A DNA stretch of 24,000 nt, taken from positions 449,310 to 473,309 of the forward strand of contig CAVYFB010000009.1 of NCBI GenBank assembly GCA_963767625.1. Reading direction: 5' to 3'. The number at the start of each line of letters is the position of its first letter. Position 1 is the first letter of the stretch. Below, in pieces: positions 1-6,306 of this stretch. This DNA is from an uncultured Chloroflexia bacterium (GTDB lineage: Bacteria; Chloroflexota; Ktedonobacteria; Ktedonobacterales; Ktedonobacteraceae). The position numbers were made by a program, and so were the translations under genes. The notes beneath the pieces are model-generated. The model was given only the letters and a program-made list of their open reading frames with translations. It was not told the DNA's origin and searched no databases.

Positions 1-172
1 CCAGGTGTTCCCACACAAAACGAGCCGAGATGGCGTCACGCATGCCTTGTTCCAGGTGCGTGCGCTGATGGGACCATCTTTTATCGGGGGCCTCACCAAG
101 GCCCCACAATCGAGCGATCTGCTCAAGCTGTGGTTCAGTACATTCCGTTAGTATCTGTCGTAGAGACTTCAT
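1..172 (-). CDS. hypothetical protein, N-terminal part only (gene runs off the left edge)
   Basis: A minus-strand ATG at 170-172 opens a frame that stays open to position 1 (MKSLRQILTECTEPQLEQIARLWGLGEAPDKRW...). I recognise no motif. It lies 4 nt downstream of the ispH stop. Confidence 0.35.
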   Translation of the reverse strand, partial: MKSLRQILTECTEPQLEQIARLWGLGEAPDKRWSHQRTHLEQGMRDAISARFVWEHL

Positions 173-176
173 ACAT

Positions 177-1058
177 TTACTCTGGTTGATATTGCTCGAT
201 GAAGCGGATGACCTCCCGCGTCAACTGGCTGGGGGTTGAGGCACCGGCGGTGACTGCTATGCGCTTCTTGCCTTTCAACCACTCTGGATTCAGTTGGGAG
301 AGGTCCTCAATGCGTACTGCGGGTACCCCTGCCATCTCCTCCGATACCTGGACGAGGCGGCTGGTGTTGTTGCTGCGTGGGTCACCCACCACAACTGTCA
401 AATCTGCCCCCTGGGTCTGCGCTACCACGGCTTCCTGGCGGGACTGCGTTGCTGCGCAGATGTCAATGTGTACCTCTGCATGCGGATAGCGGATCTTAAT
501 ATACTGGATCACACGTCGCGTATCCCACTGTGAAAGCGTCGTCTGTGTCGAGATAGCCAGTTTTTCTGCTTGCTCTGCTGTCAGGCTGAGTGCATCTACA
601 TCGGCCTCGTTCTCGATCAGACTGATATGCCCCGGCACTTCGCCGAGCACACCTTCTGGCTCAGGATGGCCCTTCTTGCCGATATAGAGGATATAGTAGC
701 CCTTTGCCACCAGATCGCGTACGAGATCGTGCGTCTTAGTGACGTCAGGACAGGTGGCGTCTATGCAATTGAGGCCGCGTGCTCGCGCCCGCCGTTTAAC
801 CAGCGGTGAGACACCATGCGCGGTGAAGATGACGGTCCCCTGGGTGACTTGTTCCAGGATACTGGCGCGGTTTGCCCCGTCCAGGGTCATTACACCCAGG
901 TTGGTGAGTTCTTCAATCGCGTGACGATTGTGGACAATCTGTCCAATGATGTAAATTGGGCGCGGTACTTTGGGGTCTTTGGCCACAGTACGTACGATTT
1001 GTAGTGCGTCGACGACGCCGTAGCAGTAGCCACGGGGCGATATTTTAATGACTTCCAT
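177..1058 (-). CDS. ispH: 4-hydroxy-3-methylbut-2-enyl diphosphate reductase (IspH/LytB)
   Basis: 293-aa ORF with three conserved Cys contexts for the 4Fe-4S cluster (PRGYCYGV, DATCPDV, DICAATQ). Length and overall pattern are typical of IspH. Confidence 0.9.
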   Translation of the reverse strand: MEVIKISPRGYCYGVVDALQIVRTVAKDPKVPRPIYIIGQIVHNRHAIEELTNLGVMTLDGANRASILEQVTQGTVIFTAHGVSPLVKRRARARGLNCIDATCPDVTKTHDLVRDLVAKGYYILYIGKKGHPEPEGVLGEVPGHISLIENEADVDALSLTAEQAEKLAISTQTTLSQWDTRRVIQYIKIRYPHAEVHIDICAATQSRQEAVVAQTQGADLTVVVGDPRSNNTSRLVQVSEEMAGVPAVRIEDLSQLNPEWLKGKKRIAVTAGASTPSQLTREVIRFIEQYQPE

Positions 1059-1175
1059 GAATTCCTCAAACTGGCATAGATGACCACTAGTCTACCACAT
1101 TATAGCATACGAAGTGAGTAGGAGCCTGATTATGCACATTGACAAATTAATACGGACATGCCATTGGGTTTGCCG

Positions 1176-1215
1176 GGGGCCGATAAATCGGCGGTGGGCA
1201 CGATAAATCGGCCCC
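1176..1215. repeat. GC-rich palindromic repeat unit carrying two tandem CGATAAATCGGC modules
   Basis: GGGGCCGAT (1176-1184) pairs with ATCGGCCCC (1207-1215) as a 9-bp stem. The 12-mer CGATAAATCGGC occurs at 1181-1192 and 1201-1212 (period 20 nt). A third copy lies at 5492-5503 inside the MFS gene insert. Confidence 0.7.
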
Positions 1216-1279
1216 TACAGGCGTTTTGTCCCCTTTTATGGTGTCCTGGGTATTTCGTTAATGTCCATTATCGCGCCCG

Positions 1280-1702
1280 CTACTTGGGGAGGAGTGTGTT
1301 CTCCTCGACCCTGGACAAGATGCGACGCATGTCTTCAGGCGTATAGAGGCAGACCGCAGGTAATAATCCGGCCAGTTCCTCGACTGAGGCGTATTCGGCA
1401 AGATCGAGGATCAGCAGAGGTGTACGTCGCCCAGCACATCCCCTGGCGACGGTTGCAGCCGTAAGCAATGGGACCGTATATGAGGGGGCGGGTAGACTCA
1501 TCAGTAACTGCACATGTGGCAAGATATGAGCAACATGAAGGGGCGTGCTCTCCTGGTAGATGCACGTCATTCCGGCTCTCTGCAACAGCTCTGTGTAGGG
1601 AAGTCGCTGCTCCTCTGGGCCAATGAGTAGCGCCGAGCGATTTTGCAGGCCACCAAGGCAGGCATCAGCGATGGACACTACCTCGGATGCAAAACTCTGC
1701 AT
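1280..1702 (-). CDS. stand-alone, degenerate glutamyl-tRNA reductase (HemA)-like NAD(P)-binding domain protein
   Basis: The 140-aa ORF has its own SD (GAGGAG 9 nt before the ATG). By eye it aligns with the HemA NADPH-domain region (RTPLLILDLAEYASVEELAGLLPAVCLYTPEDM vs the HemA P-L-x-IDLAVPRD...V-x-LY-x-IDDL pattern). The GxGxxG site reads LLIGPEEQ. The N-terminal catalytic domain and the C-terminal dimerisation domain are absent. Confidence 0.5.
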   Translation of the reverse strand: MQSFASEVVSIADACLGGLQNRSALLIGPEEQRLPYTELLQRAGMTCIYQESTPLHVAHILPHVQLLMSLPAPSYTVPLLTAATVARGCAGRRTPLLILDLAEYASVEELAGLLPAVCLYTPEDMRRILSRVEENTLLPK

Positions 1703-1975
1703 TGAATCGTTCTCCTCAGCTAGGGGGATGTAAGCCGGTAATCACTTGAGACGAAGACATTATGTAATACTATAGCAAATTTGATCGAGGTGACATCAGG
1801 TGAATACCCGATTTTTGACGAGAAAGTACTTTAGGGGAGCAATTCGTTTTATGCACAGGTTTCTAAGTTTCGTTTCAGGAAAACCCTGAGGATGTAGCCT
1901 TTCATATGTAGCCGTGCGTGTAGTATAAGGGACGGCATCCAGAAGTATCCCTGGTACTTATGCATCGCTGTGGGC

Positions 1976-1981
1976 TATAAT
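1976..1981 (+). promoter_or_regulatory. possible -10 box (TATAAT) for the 2021 gene
   Basis: A perfect TATAAT lies 40 nt upstream of ATG 2021. No convincing -35 is present (GGTACT at the 17-nt spacing). Confidence 0.25.
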
Positions 1982-2020
1982 TTCAGTATTAGCCCTATTT
2001 TAATTCGTTGGAGGAGTGCT

Positions 2021-2506
2021 ATGCAGCAAAAAATAAAAAACATCGCGTTGATTACCGGAGCGGTGCTGGTAATAGTCATAGTGGGGATCATCGTCGTCGG
2101 GGTCACTACTGGACATATGATTGATGTCGTCTACGTTTCGCTGATCATTGTGGCTCTTCTCACCCTGGCAGTGACGGTTTTGCAGATTATTGCAATTGTC
2201 AGGCTTATAGGTACCATTTCGATGGTACGCGACGAGATGAAGCCTTTGCTGGTATCGGTGCAGGAGACGGTTGGCGTGGTCCAGGAGACAGCAAAGAACG
2301 CGAATCAGACGGTGGCTACGATTGGCACTGTGGCTCGCTTCACGAGCGATTTTGCTGTCCAGCCGAGTGTACGTGCAGTCTCCCTTTTAATGGCAGCCCA
2401 ACAGGTGATCCGCGTGTTTATCGGTAAAGGCCATGTCAGGAGTCGTGCTGATCGACGTCGCAAGCAGCAAGTCAATGACCTCCCCCTAGCAGGGGGAGGC
2501 TTGTAG
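2021..2506 (+). CDS. small membrane protein (N-terminal TM helices plus coiled-coil-like tail; DUF948-like architecture)
   Basis: ATG 2021 is preceded by GGAGGAG (2010-2016). The ORF-track start at 1970 is a GTG with no SD. Hydrophobic segments are IALITGAVLVIVIVGIIVVGV and VVYVSLIIVALLTLAVTVLQIIAIV. The last codons and the stop lie inside hairpins at 2479-2526. Confidence 0.6.
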   Translation: MQQKIKNIALITGAVLVIVIVGIIVVGVTTGHMIDVVYVSLIIVALLTLAVTVLQIIAIVRLIGTISMVRDEMKPLLVSVQETVGVVQETAKNANQTVATIGTVARFTSDFAVQPSVRAVSLLMAAQQVIRVFIGKGHVRSRADRRRKQQVNDLPLAGGGL

Positions 2507-2526
2507 GAGCCAGGCTCTTGCAAGCC
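2479..2526 (+). repeat. two adjacent hairpins at the upstream edge of the IscB unit (terminator of the 2021 gene and/or IS left-end structure)
   Basis: CCTCCCCC (2479-2486) pairs with GGGGGAGG (2492-2499) around a 5-nt loop. GGCTTG (2498-2503) pairs with CAAGCC (2521-2526), with an inner GAGC/GCTC stem. The TAG stop of the upstream gene (2504-2506) sits between the arms. Confidence 0.45.
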
Positions 2527-2765
2527 GAATTGACCAGACTCAGCCCTGGAGATCAGCCAGCCGAGCAAGTGTGCGTCTGGCTCATCCGTGACAGGGCTAC
2601 GATACGACGAAGCGTTCCTGTTCGGACTCTGCTGTGCCGCCCCAGCAGCAGACCCTTCAACCGCTGATTTAACCAGCAATGCGGTCAGTTGCCGTGATCA
2701 GCGGAAAGTACCGCGTCGTATCTGTGTCGAGGGGAACACTTGTACTCCGAAAGGAGCCTTACCTG
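2507..2765 (+). ncRNA. candidate IscB omega-RNA (guide plus scaffold); exact 5' end not determinable
   Basis: 259-nt gap directly 5' of iscB on the same strand, which is the canonical omega-RNA position. Nested helices: 2542-2548/2592-2598 enclosing 2551-2560/2577-2586; long-range 2601-2609/2714-2722 (9 bp) enclosing hairpins 2628-2634/2646-2652 and 2661-2668/2697-2704 (8 bp). The 3' end overlaps the iscB SD. Confidence 0.6.
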
Positions 2766-4040
2766 ATGAAGGTCTTTGTCTTGTCCCAGCAGGGGACACT
2801 ACTCATGCCCACCACGCCCAGGAGGGCACGGCTCTGGCTCAAGGCCAAGCGTGCGCGCATGCTCAGCCGCGACCCGTTTACCATCCAGCTGCGCTTTGAG
2901 ACCACTCATTATACCCAACCCGTCACCGTTGGAGTGGATACAGGTTCGCAGACGGTGGGAGTTGCCGCGACGACGGGAGGCTCGGTGGTCTACCAGGCTG
3001 AAGTGCATCTGCGCGATAACATCACGAGCAAGCTGAAAGAGCGCCGACAGTCACGCCGAAATCGGCGGAGTCGCAAAACGCGGTACAGACCGGCACGCTT
3101 TGCCAACCGTCGTCGGCCTTCTGGCTGGCTTGCACCCTCGCTGCGCTCGAAGGCGGAGGCAACCCTCAAGGCCGTGCGTTTTGTCACCACCATCTTACCT
3201 GTCCAGCACATCAAGGTCGAGGTAGCAAGCTTCGACACGCACAAGATGCAGCACCCTGAAATCGCGGGGATGCAGTATCAGCAGGGCGAGTTACAAGGCT
3301 ATCAGGTGCGGGAATATCTGTTGCAAAAGTGGCAAAGGACGTGCATCTATTGTCACAAGAGCGGCATTCCCCTTCAAGTGGAGCATCTTACGCCCAAAGC
3401 CAGGGGAGGATCGGACCGGATCTCCAACCTTGCACTAGCCTGTGAGCCGTGTAATCGGCGCAAAGGCAAGCAGACCGCCACAGAGTTCGGCTACCCAGAG
3501 ATGCAGGCGCAAGCCAGGGTTCCTTTGAGGGATGCTGCCCAGGTCTCGAGTGTGAAGACGGCTCTCGTCTCAGCACTGCGCGAGCAGTTCGGGGTCGAGA
3601 GGATCGTGATCACCTATGGCTATGAGACGAAGTACAAGCGCATCCAGGTGCTTGACCTGCCCAAATCGCATACCAACGATGCCGTGGCCATTGCATGCGG
3701 GATGGGCGAAGCAGTCAAGCCGGGGTCTCTGGTCTATCAGATCCGCTGCGTTGGGCGTGGGAACTACCAATTGTTCAATGGGAAGCGCGGGGAACACCGA
3801 GTCTGGGCACCCAAGAAGCTGCATGGCTGGAAGTTGTATGAACTGGTCGAGGCGAAAGGAGTCAGAGGCTACATCGGTGGGAGACGAGTCAAGGGGGCTT
3901 TTGTCGTCAAGGATATAGCAACAACACAAACCATGCTGGAAGTCACACCGCGCAAACTCCGACGGCTGAATCGCCCAACGCAGGGGTGGATCATTCAGAG
4001 AGAGGAGGAGCGCGCTTCCTCCCTCAGCCTGAAGGCATGA
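2766..4040 (+). CDS. iscB: IscB, OMEGA-family RNA-guided DNA endonuclease (RuvC plus HNH)
   Basis: ATG 2766 with AAGGAG at 2751-2756. Motifs in order: PLMP-type N-terminus GTLLMPTTPRRARLWL; RuvC-I GVDTGS (Asp codon 2937-2939); Arg-rich bridge helix RRQSRRNRRSRKTRYRPARFANRRRP; RuvC-II IKVEVASFD; HNH CIYCHKSGIPLQVEHLTPKARGGSDRISNLALACEPCNRRKG; RuvC-III SHTNDAVAIA; C-terminal GWKLYELVEAKGVRGYIGGRRVKGAFVV segment typical of the TAM-interacting domain. Confidence 0.9.
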   Translation: MKVFVLSQQGTLLMPTTPRRARLWLKAKRARMLSRDPFTIQLRFETTHYTQPVTVGVDTGSQTVGVAATTGGSVVYQAEVHLRDNITSKLKERRQSRRNRRSRKTRYRPARFANRRRPSGWLAPSLRSKAEATLKAVRFVTTILPVQHIKVEVASFDTHKMQHPEIAGMQYQQGELQGYQVREYLLQKWQRTCIYCHKSGIPLQVEHLTPKARGGSDRISNLALACEPCNRRKGKQTATEFGYPEMQAQARVPLRDAAQVSSVKTALVSALREQFGVERIVITYGYETKYKRIQVLDLPKSHTNDAVAIACGMGEAVKPGSLVYQIRCVGRGNYQLFNGKRGEHRVWAPKKLHGWKLYELVEAKGVRGYIGGRRVKGAFVVKDIATTQTMLEVTPRKLRRLNRPTQGWIIQREEERASSLSLKA

Positions 4041-4043
4041 GGG
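4004..4043 (+). repeat. two adjacent hairpins at the downstream edge of the IscB unit (candidate IS right-end structure)
   Basis: GGAGGA (4004-4009) pairs with TCCTCC (4017-4022). CCCTCAGCC (4021-4029) pairs with GGC-A-TGAGGG (4034-4043), with a TGAA loop and one bulge. This second hairpin overlaps the iscB TGA stop (4038-4040). Confidence 0.4.
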
Positions 4044-4061
4044 TACCCAGAAAGGATTTTT

Positions 4062-4622
4062 ATGGATCAACCAAATAACCTGCTTGCCATTTTGGGACAG
4101 ATAGCCGCTTTCATTCTGATCCTTGAACTCCTGGTCTATGTCTTGCTCGCCGTGGTTCTGAATGGGGCATTCGCGATCGCCTTTACCTGGATACGAGAAC
4201 AGACTGAATTACTAAAGAAATTGCGACCAGTGGTTGATAGCGTCAACACAACAACTGAGGCAGCAATCAAGGGAACATTACCTGCTGCGAGTGCCAATGA
4301 TAATAAGATTATGCGAACGGTGGCACAGATTCCTGCTCAGGCCAATGCTATTGAAGGCAAGATTGAGCAGGGAGCGGATCGTGTTGCCAATGTTATGATT
4401 GAGCTTCGCGCTCGCACTGTGATGGTGCAGGGGATAGCCAGGGCGATCTTTTTACCGGGCCTGTCGACCAGGCAACAGCGTTTGCCTGCGCCAAAGAGCC
4501 CCGAGGCAAGGGTGATGCTGGAAGAGCGCTCATCAGAGATAAATACGCCTGCAGAAGCTAGTGATGGCCGTGTAGATCTGGCAGCATCTGGCTCGCAGCC
4601 TGGAAGGTCTACAGGCACATAG
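4062..4622 (+). CDS. small membrane protein (N-terminal TM region plus coiled-coil-like tail), same architecture as the 2021 gene
   Basis: ATG 4062 with AAGGA at 4052-4056. Hydrophobic N-terminus LAILGQIAAFILILELLVYVLLAVVLNGAFAIAF is followed by a low-complexity polar tail. Confidence 0.6.
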   Translation: MDQPNNLLAILGQIAAFILILELLVYVLLAVVLNGAFAIAFTWIREQTELLKKLRPVVDSVNTTTEAAIKGTLPAASANDNKIMRTVAQIPAQANAIEGKIEQGADRVANVMIELRARTVMVQGIARAIFLPGLSTRQQRLPAPKSPEARVMLEERSSEINTPAEASDGRVDLAASGSQPGRSTGT

Positions 4623-4629
4623 TCGAGAG

Positions 4630-6177
4630 ATGCAATTCATCATTGAGTACGTCCGACAATTTGGACGTTTTCAGCGCAATGCGCGTCTGTACCTGATTAG
4701 TAATGCATTGGGTGGAGTTACGGCAGGTATTGTGCTGGTGCTTTATAATCTCTACCTGGTTTCGCTTGGCTACCGCGCGGACTTTGTTGGGGTGTTGTTG
4801 TTTGTAGGGACACTAGGAGCTGGTCTTGCCATCTTTCCCGCAGGAGCATGCATTGACCGCTTTAGCGGAAAAGCGATACTGATCTGGTCAAGTCTGCTGA
4901 TAGGGGTAGCTTGCATAGGGTTATTCCTCTTTCGCCAGCCAATCCCGTTGTTGGTAAGTAGTTTCGTAGCTGGTATTGGTGGCGCATTTCTTCTCGTGAT
5001 AAATGCGCCGTTCTTGACGGCGAATAGTACACCCTCTGAACGTCCTCACCTCTTCAGCTTGAATATTGTTCTATCATTGGTGACAACGGTCCTTGGTAAA
5101 CTGGTTGGAGGAGTCTTGCCGATATGGTTTGGCGCGATCTCCTGGTTGATGACTCCTCTGTCATCGTGGTCAGTGTGGTTACTGGCCAACCAGCCTGATG
5201 CGCGCTCATATCAACTGGCCCTTCTTTTTGCAGGTATCATCGCCGGGCCCAGTCTGATTCCGCTATTTCTCATAAGTGATGATCTAAACCGTCGCCCTGT
5301 CTCTGACAGCTTTCAAGGAACAGCGGGTCGTGAGGCCTGGCACCCACAAGGGCCCCGCCGCTCCGCCCTTCCGCCCCGTGCCACTACATTTCGGGGAGCC
5401 GTCCCACCACCAGACGACGGCACGGTGGACAAGAGGGCCGTGCGAGATGTAGTGGCACGGGGGAAGGCTGGGGGTGGTTGGGCCACGTGCTCGATAAATC
5501 GGCACTCTACGGTGGGTGCCAGGTTCTGGCATGTATTGCGTAGTCCAATCGTGCTGCTATCGCTGACGCAGGTGCTGATCGGGTTGGGCGCAGGGCTATT
5601 CATTCCCTACTTCAATATCTATTTTGTGCAACACCTGCATGCCTCCTCTGTGTTGTTTGGGCTAATCGATGGTAGTGCTACCGCTATGGTTGCATTGTTC
5701 ACCTTATGTGCTCCGTGGCTAGCCACTCGAGTGGGCAAGGTGAACACGATTGCATTGACGGAACTAGCGAGCATCCCACTGTTACTGGCGTTTGGGCTGA
5801 CAAACATACTGCCTCTGGCAGCAGTACTGTATCTTTTCCGTTACAGTTTGATGGATATGTCTACCAGTATTTTTCAGGTTTTCTCGATGGAAGCGGTGCC
5901 GAAAGATCGTCGTGGACTGGCAAATAGTAGTTATCAGGCGGCCTTTCAGGTGTCCTGGGCCCTGGCGGCACCGCTAGGGGGACTGGTGATTGTGCATCTT
6001 GGTTATCCGCCGATTTTTATCGCGGCAGCTGTCTGCTATCTGCTGTCGATTGCGGTGCTATGGGGATGTTTTGGACGTGGGAGGAGAAGACAGTTCGAGC
6101 AAAGAGGGGGGACAGAAGAAATAACGGCATCAACAAGAGGGACGGCTATTTCTTCACATGAGCTTCTCCACCCATGA
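4630..6177 (+). CDS. MFS transporter with a repeat-derived insertion in the central loop
   Basis: 515-aa ORF with two blocks of about six hydrophobic helices. MFS motif-A-like GACIDRFSGK lies after the second helix. The central loop is inflated by the GC-rich segment at about 5336-5523. Confidence 0.8.
   Translation: MQFIIEYVRQFGRFQRNARLYLISNALGGVTAGIVLVLYNLYLVSLGYRADFVGVLLFVGTLGAGLAIFPAGACIDRFSGKAILIWSSLLIGVACIGLFLFRQPIPLLVSSFVAGIGGAFLLVINAPFLTANSTPSERPHLFSLNIVLSLVTTVLGKLVGGVLPIWFGAISWLMTPLSSWSVWLLANQPDARSYQLALLFAGIIAGPSLIPLFLISDDLNRRPVSDSFQGTAGREAWHPQGPRRSALPPRATTFRGAVPPPDDGTVDKRAVRDVVARGKAGGGWATCSINRHSTVGARFWHVLRSPIVLLSLTQVLIGLGAGLFIPYFNIYFVQHLHASSVLFGLIDGSATAMVALFTLCAPWLATRVGKVNTIALTELASIPLLLAFGLTNILPLAAVLYLFRYSLMDMSTSIFQVFSMEAVPKDRRGLANSSYQAAFQVSWALAAPLGGLVIVHLGYPPIFIAAAVCYLLSIAVLWGCFGRGRRRQFEQRGGTEEITASTRGTAISSHELLHP
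5336..5523. repeat. MITE/REP-like GC-rich palindromic element lying in-frame inside the MFS gene
   Basis: 12-bp terminal inverted repeat CCTGGCACCCAC (5336-5347) / GTGGGTGCCAGG (5512-5523). Internal inverted repeat GTGCCACTACAT / ATGTAGTGGCAC. Contains CGATAAATCGGC (5492-5503). The left end matches 15229-15246 at 17/18 nt. The segment is visibly more GC-rich than its flanks and has no stop codons in several frames. Confidence 0.7.
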
Positions 6178-6260
6178 TATCCTCATCAAGAACCTTGCAC
6201 TCTCCGGTTTTTGATGCCTGCTCCAGTCATCCGTGTGGACGAGTTCGCCCCGACATCAAG

Positions 6261-6288
6261 GTACGGGCGTGATTAGTCACGCCCGTAC
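6261..6288. repeat. palindromic hairpin (12-bp stem, TTAG loop) 19 nt downstream of the tatC stop; relative of the 7110-7129 palindrome
   Basis: GTACGGGCGTGA (6261-6272) pairs with TCACGCCCGTAC (6277-6288). No U-tract follows on either strand. It lies between the convergent MFS gene and tatC. Confidence 0.75.
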
Positions 6289-6306
6289 ATCGACATTGTA
6301 ACTCGG

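Larger units (their letters stand above)
2500..4045 (+). mobile_element. non-autonomous IS200/IS605-family IscB element (no tnpA); boundaries approximate
   Basis: An IscB gene plus structured leader, bracketed by paired hairpins at 2479-2526 and 4004-4043. No Y1 transposase ORF is present anywhere in the window. The unit sits between two tightly spaced host genes. Confidence 0.5.

Noticed and set aside
2679-2765. Upstream extension of the IscB ORF to ATG 2679 (453 aa)
   Set aside because: The extra 29 residues precede the conserved N-terminus (MKVFVLSQQGTLLMP). There is no SD at 2679, whereas AAGGAG sits 9 nt before ATG 2766. The extension would also translate the structured leader proposed as omega-RNA.
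3570-4070. 166-aa minus-strand ORF antisense to the 3' third of iscB
   Set aside because: It is a shadow frame of the strongly supported IscB CDS, has no recognisable motif, and would run across the downstream gene start.
5284-5603. Two minus-strand ORFs (82 and 96 aa) within the MFS gene
   Set aside because: They coincide with the GC-rich palindromic insert, where the absence of stop codons in many frames is expected from composition.
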